A stretch of DNA of 64,000 nucleotides. It comes from an uncultured delta proteobacterium (GTDB taxonomy: Bacteria; Desulfobacterota; Binatia; JACPRU01). The notes under the pieces were generated by a model. The model was not told the DNA's origin, searched no databases, and saw only the letters and a list, made by a program, of their open reading frames with translations. This document shows positions 26,843-35,983 of the stretch, piece after piece; position 1 is the stretch's first letter, and every line of letters begins with the position of its first letter. The stretch is from positions 72,623 to 136,622 of the forward strand of contig CAVQEA010000020.1 in the NCBI GenBank assembly GCA_963711395.1, read 5' to 3'. The position numbers and the translations under genes were made by a program.

Positions 26843-28020
26843 GCCGCGGCCTCCGCCGTCCCGTACACGCAAGTGCTCGTTACCGGGACCATCGGACCGG
26901 CTGCCGCCAGCGCGACGCGCGCGCCGGGAACCTGATTGCAGGACTCTCCACGAATTTGGCGCACCGCTTCGAGCTGCAAGCCGAGACCGTGCATGTAGCA
27001 CTCCGCCAGGTTGCCGCCGCTGGTGTTGAGCGGCAGGCGCCCGCGGGGCGCGATCAGGTTGTCGAACGTGAGAAACTCCTCCGCCTCGTCGTAGGTGCAG
27101 AACCCGTGCTCGATCAATGCCATCACCACGCCGCCGGTGAAGTTCTCGTAGACCTGAGCGACGTCGACGTCGGCGGGGGTGACACCCGCTTGGCGCCACA
27201 TTCGCGGAGCGACGGTGCGAAACCCGGCGCCTGCATAGTCCGGATCGTTGTGCAGCGAGGCGCCGGCGCGATGGCCGCCACCTTGGGCGACGCCGAGCAC
27301 GTAGACCGGGCGCGGGCTCACGTCCGCGGCGCGCTCGGCCGCAACCAAGACCATGGCTGCGGCGCCGTCGTTCTCCTGGCAACAATCGAAGAGGCGATAG
27401 GGCTCCGCGATCCATCTCGATGAATCGTACGCCTCCGCCGAGAGCGGTCGCCCGTACATCACCGCGCGCGGATTCTGCTGCGCGTGATGGTACGAAGCGA
27501 GCGCCACGGCGCGCATCGTCGATCGCGGCACGCCGTGCACCTCGAGCAGACGCGTGCTGCGCATCGCGAACGTCTGAGCCGGGGAAATGAGCCCGTAGGG
27601 CACGCTGAGCGCTGCCTCTCCGCTCACGTGCGCGCTCTTGCGAGCTTCTCCGAAGCGCCCGAACTGGCCCTGAGCGAGTGCGCGAAAGACCACGACGCAA
27701 TCCGCCAGGCCCGCGGCGATCGCCGCGGCGGCGTTCCCGACCGCCGCCGCCACCCCGCCTCCCCCCGAGCCCCATTGCATGTTGGAAAACCGCAGCTCCT
27801 TCGTGCCGAGCGCGGCCGCGAGCCGCGACGGCTCGTTGCGGTCGTTGGAGTACGAGGCGAATCCGTCGACGTCGGCGACGTCTACGCCCGCATCTGCGCA
27901 CGCTGCGAGGATGGCCCGGCAGGCGAGCACGAACTCCGAGTCGGGAGCATCACCCCGCTTGTAGTAGACGCTTTCGCCGATGCCGACGACCGCCACACGA
28001 CCACGCAGCGTTCGAGTCAC
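26839..28020 (-). CDS. Thiolase-like / SCP-x-type lipid-transfer protein
   Basis: Intact 393 aa. VAVVGIGESVYYKRG, FDCCQENDGAAAMVL, VAQVYENFTGGVVMALIEHGFC, LNTSGGNLAECYMHGL. The classic partner DUF35 gene lies immediately downstream. Confidence 0.85.
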   Translation of the reverse strand: MTRTLRGRVAVVGIGESVYYKRGDAPDSEFVLACRAILAACADAGVDVADVDGFASYSNDRNEPSRLAAALGTKELRFSNMQWGSGGGGVAAAVGNAAAAIAAGLADCVVVFRALAQGQFGRFGEARKSAHVSGEAALSVPYGLISPAQTFAMRSTRLLEVHGVPRSTMRAVALASYHHAQQNPRAVMYGRPLSAEAYDSSRWIAEPYRLFDCCQENDGAAAMVLVAAERAADVSPRPVYVLGVAQGGGHRAGASLHNDPDYAGAGFRTVAPRMWRQAGVTPADVDVAQVYENFTGGVVMALIEHGFCTYDEAEEFLTFDNLIAPRGRLPLNTSGGNLAECYMHGLGLQLEAVRQIRGESCNQVPGARVALAAAGPMVPVTSTCVYGTAEAAA

Positions 28021-28107
28021 CCCACCTCTCTAGCCGAGCAAGGACGCGGTGCAAATGCCCCCTACGCGGCCCTTGAAAGATCCGGGCAACTCTGGCGGGA
28101 GGGTACC

Positions 28108-30564
28108 ATGCTGAGCCCGTACCGCGTCCTCGACCTGACCGATGCGCGCGCCGAGCTGGGACCGTTGCTGCTCGCCGGCCTCGGCGCCGACGTCGATCAA
28201 GGTCGAGCCGCCGGGCGGCAGCGCCGTCGCGCCGCGAGGCGCCGCTCGACCCGAGCCTGCCGCCGGATCTGCAGAGCCTGCGCTTCCACGCCTTCAACCG
28301 CGGCAAGCGCAGCGTCGTGCTCGACCTCGACGGCGCCGCGGGACGCGCCGCGTTCCGCGCGCCTCGTCGCCAGCGCCGACTTCCTGTTCGAGAACGCCGC
28401 GCCGGGCGCGATGGCCGCGCGCGGCCTCGGCTTCGAGCGACTGCGCGAGGTCAACCCGAGCCTCGTCTACGTCGCGATCACGCCCGTTCGGACAGGACGG
28501 CCCCTACGCGCACCATCTCGCCACCGATCTGACGCTGGCGGCGATGGGCGGCATGATGGCGCTCAACGGCGACGCCGATCGCCGGCCGGTGCGCATCACG
28601 GTGCCGCAGACGTGGCACCACGCGGCCGCCGAGAGCGCGGTCGGCGCGCTGGTCGCCCACCAGCGCCGGCTCGCGACCGGCGAGGCGCAGTTCGTCGACG
28701 TGTCGGTGCAGGCGGCGGTCTTCTGGACCGGCCTCAACGCGATGATCGCCCACGCGATCCAGGGCAAGGACATCGAGCGCAACGGCACCGTGCTGCAGCT
28801 CAGCACGCTGACCACGCCGCTCGTCTATCCGTGCGCCGACGGCGAGGTCGTGCTGATCACCACGACGGCGACGCTCGCTCGGCTTGGTGCCCTGGATGGT
28901 CGAAGACGGCACGGTGAGCGCCGAATGGGTCGCCGCCGAGGACTGGACGACCTACGAGGCGCGCATGCTGACCGGCGAGCCGCTCGTGCACTCGCTGCCG
29001 GAGGTGCAGGAGCGCATCAGCGCCTTCTGCGCCAAGTACCGAAAGGCCGAGCTGTTCGCGCGCGGCATCGCGCGGCGGCGCCACGCTCGCGCCGGTGAAC
29101 ACCGTCGCCGACGTGCTGGCGCTTCGATCACCTCGCAGTGCGCGAGCTACTGGCAGCCGCTACGCGCTGCCGGGCGGGCGCGCGCTGCGCGCGCCCGGGC
29201 CGTTCGTGCGCCTGTCGCGCACGCCGGTCGCGTTTCGCCGCCCGGCGCCCGGCGGTCGGCGAGCACAGCCGCGAGGTGCTCGACGCGCGCGCGAGCCGTC
29301 GCGCGAACCGCGACGGCCGAGCTCGACGCCGCGCGCCGCGCTCGCCGCTGCCCTTCGAGGGCGTCAAGATCGCCGACTTCTCGTGGATCGGCGTCGGGCC
29401 GATCACCGCCAAGTACCTCGCCGACCACGGCGCGACGGTCGTGCACGTCGAGACCGAGAATCCGGCCGACCGGCTGCGCCTCGTCGGGCCGTTCAAGGAC
29501 AACGTCGCCGGGCGTCGAACCGCTGCCAGTTCTTCGGCTCGTTCAACACCTCGAAGCTGTCGCTGGCCCTCAACCTGAAGCAGCCCGACGGCCTCGAGGT
29601 CGCCAAGCGACTCCTCGGCTGGGCGGACGTCTGCCTCGACTCGTTCACCGCCGGCACGATGGCCGAGCTCGGCCTCGGCTACGAGGTCGCGCGCGCGCTG
29701 AACCCGCGCATCATCATGGCGAGCACGTGCCTGATGGGGCAGACGGGACCCGCCGCCGCGCTCGCCGGCTACGGCTACCACGCCGCCGCGGTCTGCGGCT
29801 TCTACGAGATCACCGGCTGGGACGACCGCCCGCCCGGCGGGTCCGTTCAACGCCTACACCGACACGATCGCGCCGCGCTTTCTCGCCGCGACGCTGATGG
29901 CCGCGCTCGACCATCGCCGCCGCACCGGCGAGGGCCAGTACATCGATCAGGCGCAGATGGAGTCGTCGCTGTACTTCCTCGCGCCCGGAGCTGCTCGACC
30001 ATCAGGTGCAGCGGACGCATGCCCGCGGCGCGCCGGCAACGACGTCGCCGACCGCCGCGCCGCACGACGCCTACCCGTGCGCCGGCGACGACGAGTGGTG
30101 CGCGATCGCCGTCGAGACCGACGCGCAGTGGCGCGGCGCTGCGGCGGCGTCCTCGGCGATCCCGCGTGGGCGACGGCGCCCGCGCTCGACACGGCGGCCG
30201 GGCGACTCGCGCGCCGCGAGGAGATCGACCGCGAGCTCGCCGAGTTCACCGCGCCGCCACGAGCCGCGCGCGCTGATGGACCTGCTGCAGGCCGCGGGCG
30301 TCCCGGCCGGCATGGTGCAGCGCTCGAGCGACCACCTGGAGGATCCGCAGCTCGCGCCACCGGCGCTTCTTCCGGCCGCATGAGCACCCGGAGATGGGCG
30401 AGGTGCCGTACGAGGGACACCAGTTCCGCATCGCCGGCTACGACAACGGCCCGCGCTCCCCGGCGCCGTGCCTCGGCGAGCACTCGATCGAGGTGCTCCA
30501 GGAGATGCTCGGCTACGACGACGAGGATCTCGCGCGTATCGCGGCGAGCGGCGCGCTCGCCTAG
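28108..30564 (+). pseudogene. Tandem (duplicated) family III CoA-transferase, CaiB/BaiF type (about 815 aa if repaired); roughly 15 or more frame changes
   Basis: GGGAGGGTACC precedes the ATG at 28108.
- Domain 1 pieces: MLSPYRVLDLTDARAELGPLLLAGLGADV / IKVEPPGG / FHAFNRGKRSVVLDLDG / ADFLFENAAPGAMAARGLGFERLREVNPSLVYVAITP / FGQDGPYAHHLATDLTLAAMGGMMALNG / FVRLSRTPVAF..GEHSREVL.
- Same-frame run-on into domain 2: PLPFEGVKIADFSWIGVGPITAKYLADHGATVVHVE / FNTSKLSLALNLK..DSFTAGTMAELGLGYE..NPRIIMAS / DAYPCAGDDEWCAIAVETDAQW / LLQAAGVPAGMV / GEHSIEVLQEMLGYDDEDLARIAASGALA*. Confidence 0.75.
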
Positions 30565-30651
30565 GCGGAATCGCGATCGGTATCGAGCCCTTCTGGTCGC
30601 TGGCCTATCGAACGAGCATCGACTAGGGTTGCTGCTACGGGAGACTCGACG

Positions 30652-31005
30652 ATGAAGATCACATTCCTTTCGATCGTCGTGGCCGCGATCGCGCTGCTAC
30701 TGAGCGGGGCTGCGACGCCCGCTCATGCCAAAGGGGCATCGAATTCGTACACCGGATGTCTCGCCAAAGGCGACGAAGCCGGCACCTTCAAGCTCACGAA
30801 CGTCGGTGATGCCAAGGACGAGTACGAATTGATCGGCGGCGGCAAGGACTTGGCGGCGCACGTCGGCCACAAGGTCGAGGTCGAGGGTACGCTCGTGTCC
30901 GCCAAGGCGGCCGCGAAGGCCGAAGGCGAGAAGACCGAGGACCAGGCCGGGCACAAGCACTTGCGCGTGACGTCCATGAAGCACGTCGCCGAGACTTGCC
31001 CGTGA
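30652..31005 (+). CDS. Small exported protein, unknown function
   Basis: 117 aa. Signal peptide MKITFLSIVVAAIALLLSGAATPAHA, and Cys near both ends of the mature part (YTGCL..AETCP). Confidence 0.6.
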   Translation: MKITFLSIVVAAIALLLSGAATPAHAKGASNSYTGCLAKGDEAGTFKLTNVGDAKDEYELIGGGKDLAAHVGHKVEVEGTLVSAKAAAKAEGEKTEDQAGHKHLRVTSMKHVAETCP

Positions 31006-31050
31006 GCGGCGGATTCGCCGCCGACGCTCGCGCTCGAGAGCTGCGTTCCG

Positions 31051-31728
31051 CTAGGGAAGCGTAGCGACTTTCGCCGTCAGCGGCTTGGCGTTGGCCAAAC
31101 GCTCGCGGCGAAGGTATTCACGCCGGTACAGGAGCACGCGCGCCACGTACTGCTCCGTCTCGGCGTAAGGCGGAATGCCGTGATAGCGGGCGACGGACCC
31201 GCGCCCGGCGTTGTAGGCGGCAAGGACGCGCGGCAGGTTCTTCTTGTACGTGTCTAGCAGCATGCGCAGATGCTCGACACCCGCTTCGATGTTCGCGCGC
31301 GCATCGTAAGGGTTGCGGCACCCTCGGCGGCGCGCGGTGGCCGGCATGAGCTGCATGAGGCCGCGGGCGCCTTTCGGCGAAACCGCAACCGGATTGAAAG
31401 CCGACTCGGCGCGGATGATGGCACGCACGAGCTCAGGCTCCACGCCGTAGCGCGCGGCCGCCTCGCCGATCATACGCTGAAACTCGGTGTCTTCCGCATC
31501 GGCCTGCTCGCTCGTGCGCAGCTCCTCTTGCAGGCGCGAAGCGACCGGTGCGCCGGGGTCGAATGGTGCGGTGCCCGCGCGAGGCACGTTGCTGAAGTGA
31601 ACCGTGCCGCCGCCGTCGCGAGTGTAGTACATCTGCGCCGAGACGCCGCCGGACGAGGCGAAGGCCGCAAAGATCACGCCGGTCGCTACGGCTCGCGCGG
31701 TCGTGCCGCGTGGACCTGTCCGCTTCAC
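31051..31728 (-). CDS. Lytic transglycosylase (SLT domain) with DUF4124-like N-terminal region
   Basis: Signal peptide, then YYTRDGGGTVHFSNVP. Catalytic region IIRAESAFNPVAVSPKGARGLMQLMPATA..AYNAG. Confidence 0.85.
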   Translation of the reverse strand: MKRTGPRGTTARAVATGVIFAAFASSGGVSAQMYYTRDGGGTVHFSNVPRAGTAPFDPGAPVASRLQEELRTSEQADAEDTEFQRMIGEAAARYGVEPELVRAIIRAESAFNPVAVSPKGARGLMQLMPATARRRGCRNPYDARANIEAGVEHLRMLLDTYKKNLPRVLAAYNAGRGSVARYHGIPPYAETEQYVARVLLYRREYLRRERLANAKPLTAKVATLP

Positions 31729-31916
31729 GGGCGCGGACTATATCAATCGAGCGACCGAACGCGAATGGTTTTTTGCATTCGAGCTGCGATTGACACGCTG
31801 CGATCGCCGATGGCTACGTCACACCGCCCGTTCTCGAAAACGCATCACACGGAGATTGACGGATCGAGCGGCGCCGGAGGTGTGCGACAGGGACCGCAGC
31901 GTGGTATTGGGGCCCC

Positions 31917-32171
31917 ATGCAGATCCACGTCACCGACGAAGCCGTGATGATCACGGAGCTCTCCGACGAGGATATGCAGCATTTGCTGCATCTGCTTCGA
32001 GGCGCAGCGGGCCGGAGCCTGGTGATTCCGAGAAAGCCGTCGATTCACGGACCGCTAGATGACTCCGACCAGCTTGCCGCGCTGATCAGTTCGCTCCGAG
32101 GCTCGGCGCAGGAAACCCTGGCTGCGCTCCACTGGCGGGGCTTCCGCATTGCCCGCGACCACGGCGTCTAG
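31917..32171 (+). CDS. Hypothetical small protein (weak)
   Basis: Only an 84-aa ORF in the gap between the SLT gene and tamB. No RBS or family recognised. Confidence 0.3.
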   Translation: MQIHVTDEAVMITELSDEDMQHLLHLLRGAAGRSLVIPRKPSIHGPLDDSDQLAALISSLRGSAQETLAALHWRGFRIARDHGV

Positions 32172-32173
32172 CG

Positions 32174-35100
32174 TCAGTACCGGTGGCGCCAGATGATGTC
32201 TGCGCCGCTGCCCCCGATCGACGAAGCCGAGGATGACACGCTCCAGCTCGGCGTCAGCACGCGTTGCACCCGTATCTCCTGGCCTTGCTGATCGCCGAAG
32301 CTCCGACCCGCGGTCACGAACGTTTTGTCCGACAGGTAAGCGCCGAGCGCCACACGCGAGGCGGACAGCTCCTGAAGCCAGATGCCGCGGCCCGACAGCC
32401 CGAGGATGTCAGTGACCGATTGGCCGATCTCACTCGCAGCGAAGGACGCCGCGAGCTGCGAGGCCTGATTCTGCACGTCCGCTCGTTGCCTGTCGCTGAG
32501 ATCCGACGTCGTCTTACCGAAGATCAGTACGGAGAGAATGTCGGCCTGCTGGAGCGGCGGTTCGCTCGCGAGCGTCAGCGACGGGCTGCTGGAGGTGCCG
32601 CCGAGGATGATGTGCACCATGTATTCGCCGGCCCTGTAGTCGGCGGTCAGGTTGAGCGTCGGATCGATCTTGTCTCCGCCGGTGAATGCGAGAGATCCCT
32701 CGGTGATGCGAAACCGCCGCCCCTGGAGATTCATCCAGCCGCGCACGGTTTCGATCCGCCCGGTGAGTTGCAAGTCGCCCGGCGGCTGTTTGCGTGCGAC
32801 TACCTCGCCCACCAGCTCGACGGCTGCGTTGACGTGGCGAATCCACGTGTCGCGACGGATGGTCATCGTGACGTCGAGCGTAGTGCTTTTGTAGATCGAC
32901 GATAGCGCGGATGGCGCCGGAGTGGGTGCCTCCGCCGTCGCCGCTTTGTCCGACATCGACGCGTCGGCCGAGATGATGCGGATCGTCGGATCGCGAGTCG
33001 TCGGCGCTCGGGTGAGGAAGGCTAAATCCGGATTGAACGAGCCCGAAAGCACGTCGACGGTGCCGGTGATCTGCGGCGCCGTCACAGTCCCCCGACAGAA
33101 GATCTCCGCCGATATGTCCGAGCGGTAGCGGTTCGTGGCGATCGCCGGCCAGCGGTCGAGTGCGATCCGCAGGTCGAGCCGATCGGGCAAGTAGTCGTCC
33201 ATCGAGATCGTGCCGCCGCCGGTGAGACGGCCCTCGCGGGATACCGCGGCGAGATCGGTGACCCGGATCGCGTCAGGGGTGATCGCGATCGCGAGGGTGG
33301 CGGCGCTGACATCGACGCCGAGCGGCGCGATCGTCGCTGCGCCGCCCCTGAGTGCGATCGTCCCTCGAGCGACGGGACGGTCCGGCGGGCCGTGCGCCTC
33401 CAAGTCCACGACGACCTCGCCCTTCACGTCGCGCAGCGTGCCCGGCATGAGCGCGTTGACGAAGCCCACGTCGAGGCCGTTCGATCGCACCGCGAGGGCG
33501 ATGTCGCCGGCGATGCGGTAGGCGAGCTCGGGATCCCAACGCAGGTCCATCGGCGCGCGCCCCGAAGCAACCAGTGCGTGCGAAGCATCTTGATCGAAGC
33601 GGGCTTCCAGCGTGGCGACCGGCGCGCGAAACGCGATGGTCGCGTGCAACCCGCCGTACGGCTGGCCTGCCACGCGAAGCTCGGCGACCGAGACGGTGGC
33701 ATCGACCTGCGGCGACGCCGCGGTTCCTCTGACGTCGACCTTCGCCTCGACGTTGCCCGCGACGTCGACGAGCTCGCGCCTGAAGGAGCGCGCCCATTCG
33801 AGTGGCACGCCATGCATCGCCAGTTCGAGGCGCTGCGCACCGGAGCGGGACACGCTTCCCGAGACCGCCAGCGTGCCCTTGCTCCCCGAGATGCGCATCT
33901 CGTCGACCGTCAGCACGCCAGACCGAAGAGAGAGATGGGCCGGGTGATCGAGATCGAAATTTCCGCGTGGCGCCTCGAGATGGAGCGCCGCCACGCCGAC
34001 GTCGATGCCGCCGGAATCGCGTGTCGCTCGGAAGCTCGTCGTGTAGCGGCGGCCGCCGACGTCCTTCGCCTGGACCGCGGCGTCAGCGGCGACTCTGTCG
34101 CCGGCCCCCGAGAGCGCCACTTGGGCGCTCAGTGACTCCAGGCTCACCGGGGAATGAACGCCGCCGAGCGAAACGTCGACGTGGCCCTTCGGGCCTTGCC
34201 CCCCGAGGCCTTTGAGATCGAAGCGTGCCGAACCCTGCTCGATCCACGTGCGGCTCGAGCCGAAGGATACGGCGTCGAGCGACCCGGTGGCGGCGAGATC
34301 GTTCGCCGCGCCCCGCAAGTTGCCGTCCAGGGTGAAGCTGCCCCGTCCCTCGATCCCGACGAGCGCGAGAAAAGGCGCCACGTCGCCGATCTTCGCTTGC
34401 ACGGCGGCCTGGCCTTTGGCGGCCGCCGTGAGCCCCAGGTCTCCCGCGGCACGAATCTGCGAATCACGCGAGACCAGCGACAGCTCGGCGATGTGCAGGC
34501 GGCCACTCTCGAGTCGAACGTCGCCTCGTCCGCGGTCGAAAGCCAGCGTTTCGATCTTGGAGGGGCGGAGCTCGACGACGGCTCGGCTCCGCTGTTGCGC
34601 GAGATCGAAGCCGTGTCCCTCCGCTCGCGCGTCGAGGGTCACGTCGCCGCTCCACGCACGCGGGTCGAGGCGCTTGGGATCGAAATGCGTCAGGCTCACG
34701 TCGAGCTGAAACTCTTGCGCGCCCCCGAGCTCGGCGGCTCCGTTCCAGCGTGCGGCGCCCGACGTGCCTTCGAGCGTTCCCGCCCCCGTAACGCGCCCGT
34801 CCGCGAGGCTCACGGTCGAGGTGAGGTCGCCGAAGTGCCACTGCCGGAACGACGCGTCGCGTACCTGCACCTGCCCGTTGGCTTTGGCCTGAAAAACATC
34901 CGTGCCCCGTAGCGCGCCTTCGAGCCGTCCGCTCGCGACGCCGCCGGCTCCCGCCGCGCTCGCGATCCGCGCAAGCTCAATCTCGCTAGCTTCGATCGTC
35001 CCCTCGGCCGCGATCGGCGTGGCGAGCGCGTCGGTGCGGACGTCGCCCTGGACGCGGCCTTGCCCCGCGGCGAGCTCGAAGTGTGCGTGTAGGTCGTCGG

Positions 35101-35983
35101 CGCGCCCGACCAGTCGGACCGAGCCGCCCAGCCAGTCGGCCGGAGCCGGCCCGTGCGAGAACGTCGCGACATCGCTTGGGGCGAGACCAGCGATGCTCAG
35201 CACGAGGTCGCTCCTCGCGGTTTGCAGGTCGATCGGGTTTTCGATCCTGCCGTCAACCACGACGCGCGACTCTTGGGTTACGATCGCCAGCCCGCGAATC
35301 TCGGCGGAGGGAGGCGACTCCGCGCCTCGGTAGTGGAGCGAGCCGTCGGCCCATAGGAGCGGTAGCCCTTCGGCCGCCATCCGCAGCGACAAGCGCTGAA
35401 TGTCGGCGTCGACGCCGGCGGCCGCGATTTCGACGCGGGCGCCGAGCGCGGCGTCGTCGAGCACGCACGGAGCCTCTGCACGGCACGGGGTCACCGAGAT
35501 CTTGCCCGCGGTGACGCGCAGCGCGTCGATCACGACGTGGGGCACGCCGAGCGTCGTGGAAGCATCGGTGCCGCGCGGGGTGGAAAGAGCGGCCTCCAGG
35601 TTCCACACGCCCCCCTCGCCGCGGCGAAGATCGACGACCGGCCCTTCGAGGTCGACGTCGGTGATGCGAAGCTCTCCGCGCAGGAGCGGCAGCAGGTCGT
35701 AGCGAATCCTCGCCTCGGGGACTTGCAGCACGTCCGCGCCGCCGTACCGCAGGGAAACGTTGGTGAGCCGCACGTCGCCCCAAACGGAGCCTTCCAGACG
35801 CTCGACGGCGATCTCGCCGTGGAATGAGCCGCGGATCGCTTCCAGCACTTCGCGGCGTACGAATTCACGGAAGCGATCGGTGAACGTGAATGCATACAGC
35901 GCCACGAGAGCGATCGCGACGAGCAAGCCGGCGGCGAACAGCCCGCGTCTCAAGGCCCTTGCGATGCTGCGCCCGACGCTCAA
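32174..35983 (-). CDS. tamB: Translocation and assembly module protein TamB (AsmA-like, DUF490 C-terminus)
   Basis: The ORF of more than 1260 aa is intact. It has an N-terminal anchor LFAAGLLVAIALVALYAF, a long beta-rich repetitive body, and a C-terminus QLTGRIETVRGWMNLQGRRFRITEGSLAFTG..PTLNLTADY..SSPSLTLASEPPLQQADILSVLIFGK. A TTG at 35983 overlaps the tamA stop (TTTTGA). The track start at 36139 would overlap tamA by 160 nt. Confidence 0.85.
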   Translation of the reverse strand: MSVGRSIARALRRGLFAAGLLVAIALVALYAFTFTDRFREFVRREVLEAIRGSFHGEIAVERLEGSVWGDVRLTNVSLRYGGADVLQVPEARIRYDLLPLLRGELRITDVDLEGPVVDLRRGEGGVWNLEAALSTPRGTDASTTLGVPHVVIDALRVTAGKISVTPCRAEAPCVLDDAALGARVEIAAAGVDADIQRLSLRMAAEGLPLLWADGSLHYRGAESPPSAEIRGLAIVTQESRVVVDGRIENPIDLQTARSDLVLSIAGLAPSDVATFSHGPAPADWLGGSVRLVGRADDLHAHFELAAGQGRVQGDVRTDALATPIAAEGTIEASEIELARIASAAGAGGVASGRLEGALRGTDVFQAKANGQVQVRDASFRQWHFGDLTSTVSLADGRVTGAGTLEGTSGAARWNGAAELGGAQEFQLDVSLTHFDPKRLDPRAWSGDVTLDARAEGHGFDLAQQRSRAVVELRPSKIETLAFDRGRGDVRLESGRLHIAELSLVSRDSQIRAAGDLGLTAAAKGQAAVQAKIGDVAPFLALVGIEGRGSFTLDGNLRGAANDLAATGSLDAVSFGSSRTWIEQGSARFDLKGLGGQGPKGHVDVSLGGVHSPVSLESLSAQVALSGAGDRVAADAAVQAKDVGGRRYTTSFRATRDSGGIDVGVAALHLEAPRGNFDLDHPAHLSLRSGVLTVDEMRISGSKGTLAVSGSVSRSGAQRLELAMHGVPLEWARSFRRELVDVAGNVEAKVDVRGTAASPQVDATVSVAELRVAGQPYGGLHATIAFRAPVATLEARFDQDASHALVASGRAPMDLRWDPELAYRIAGDIALAVRSNGLDVGFVNALMPGTLRDVKGEVVVDLEAHGPPDRPVARGTIALRGGAATIAPLGVDVSAATLAIAITPDAIRVTDLAAVSREGRLTGGGTISMDDYLPDRLDLRIALDRWPAIATNRYRSDISAEIFCRGTVTAPQITGTVDVLSGSFNPDLAFLTRAPTTRDPTIRIISADASMSDKAATAEAPTPAPSALSSIYKSTTLDVTMTIRRDTWIRHVNAAVELVGEVVARKQPPGDLQLTGRIETVRGWMNLQGRRFRITEGSLAFTGGDKIDPTLNLTADYRAGEYMVHIILGGTSSSPSLTLASEPPLQQADILSVLIFGKTTSDLSDRQRADVQNQASQLAASFAASEIGQSVTDILGLSGRGIWLQELSASRVALGAYLSDKTFVTAGRSFGDQQGQEIRVQRVLTPSWSVSSSASSIGGSGADIIWRHRY

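Noticed and set aside
26843-27901. N-terminal 350 codons of minus ORF 26396..27901, and similar long 5' extensions of ORFs 8954..10081, 44355..45614, 47066..48037, 41661..43403 and 1225..1821
   Set aside because: They are Arg/Ala/Pro-rich out-of-frame read-through of neighbouring genes. The real genes start at internal RBS-supported or stop-overlapping start codons.
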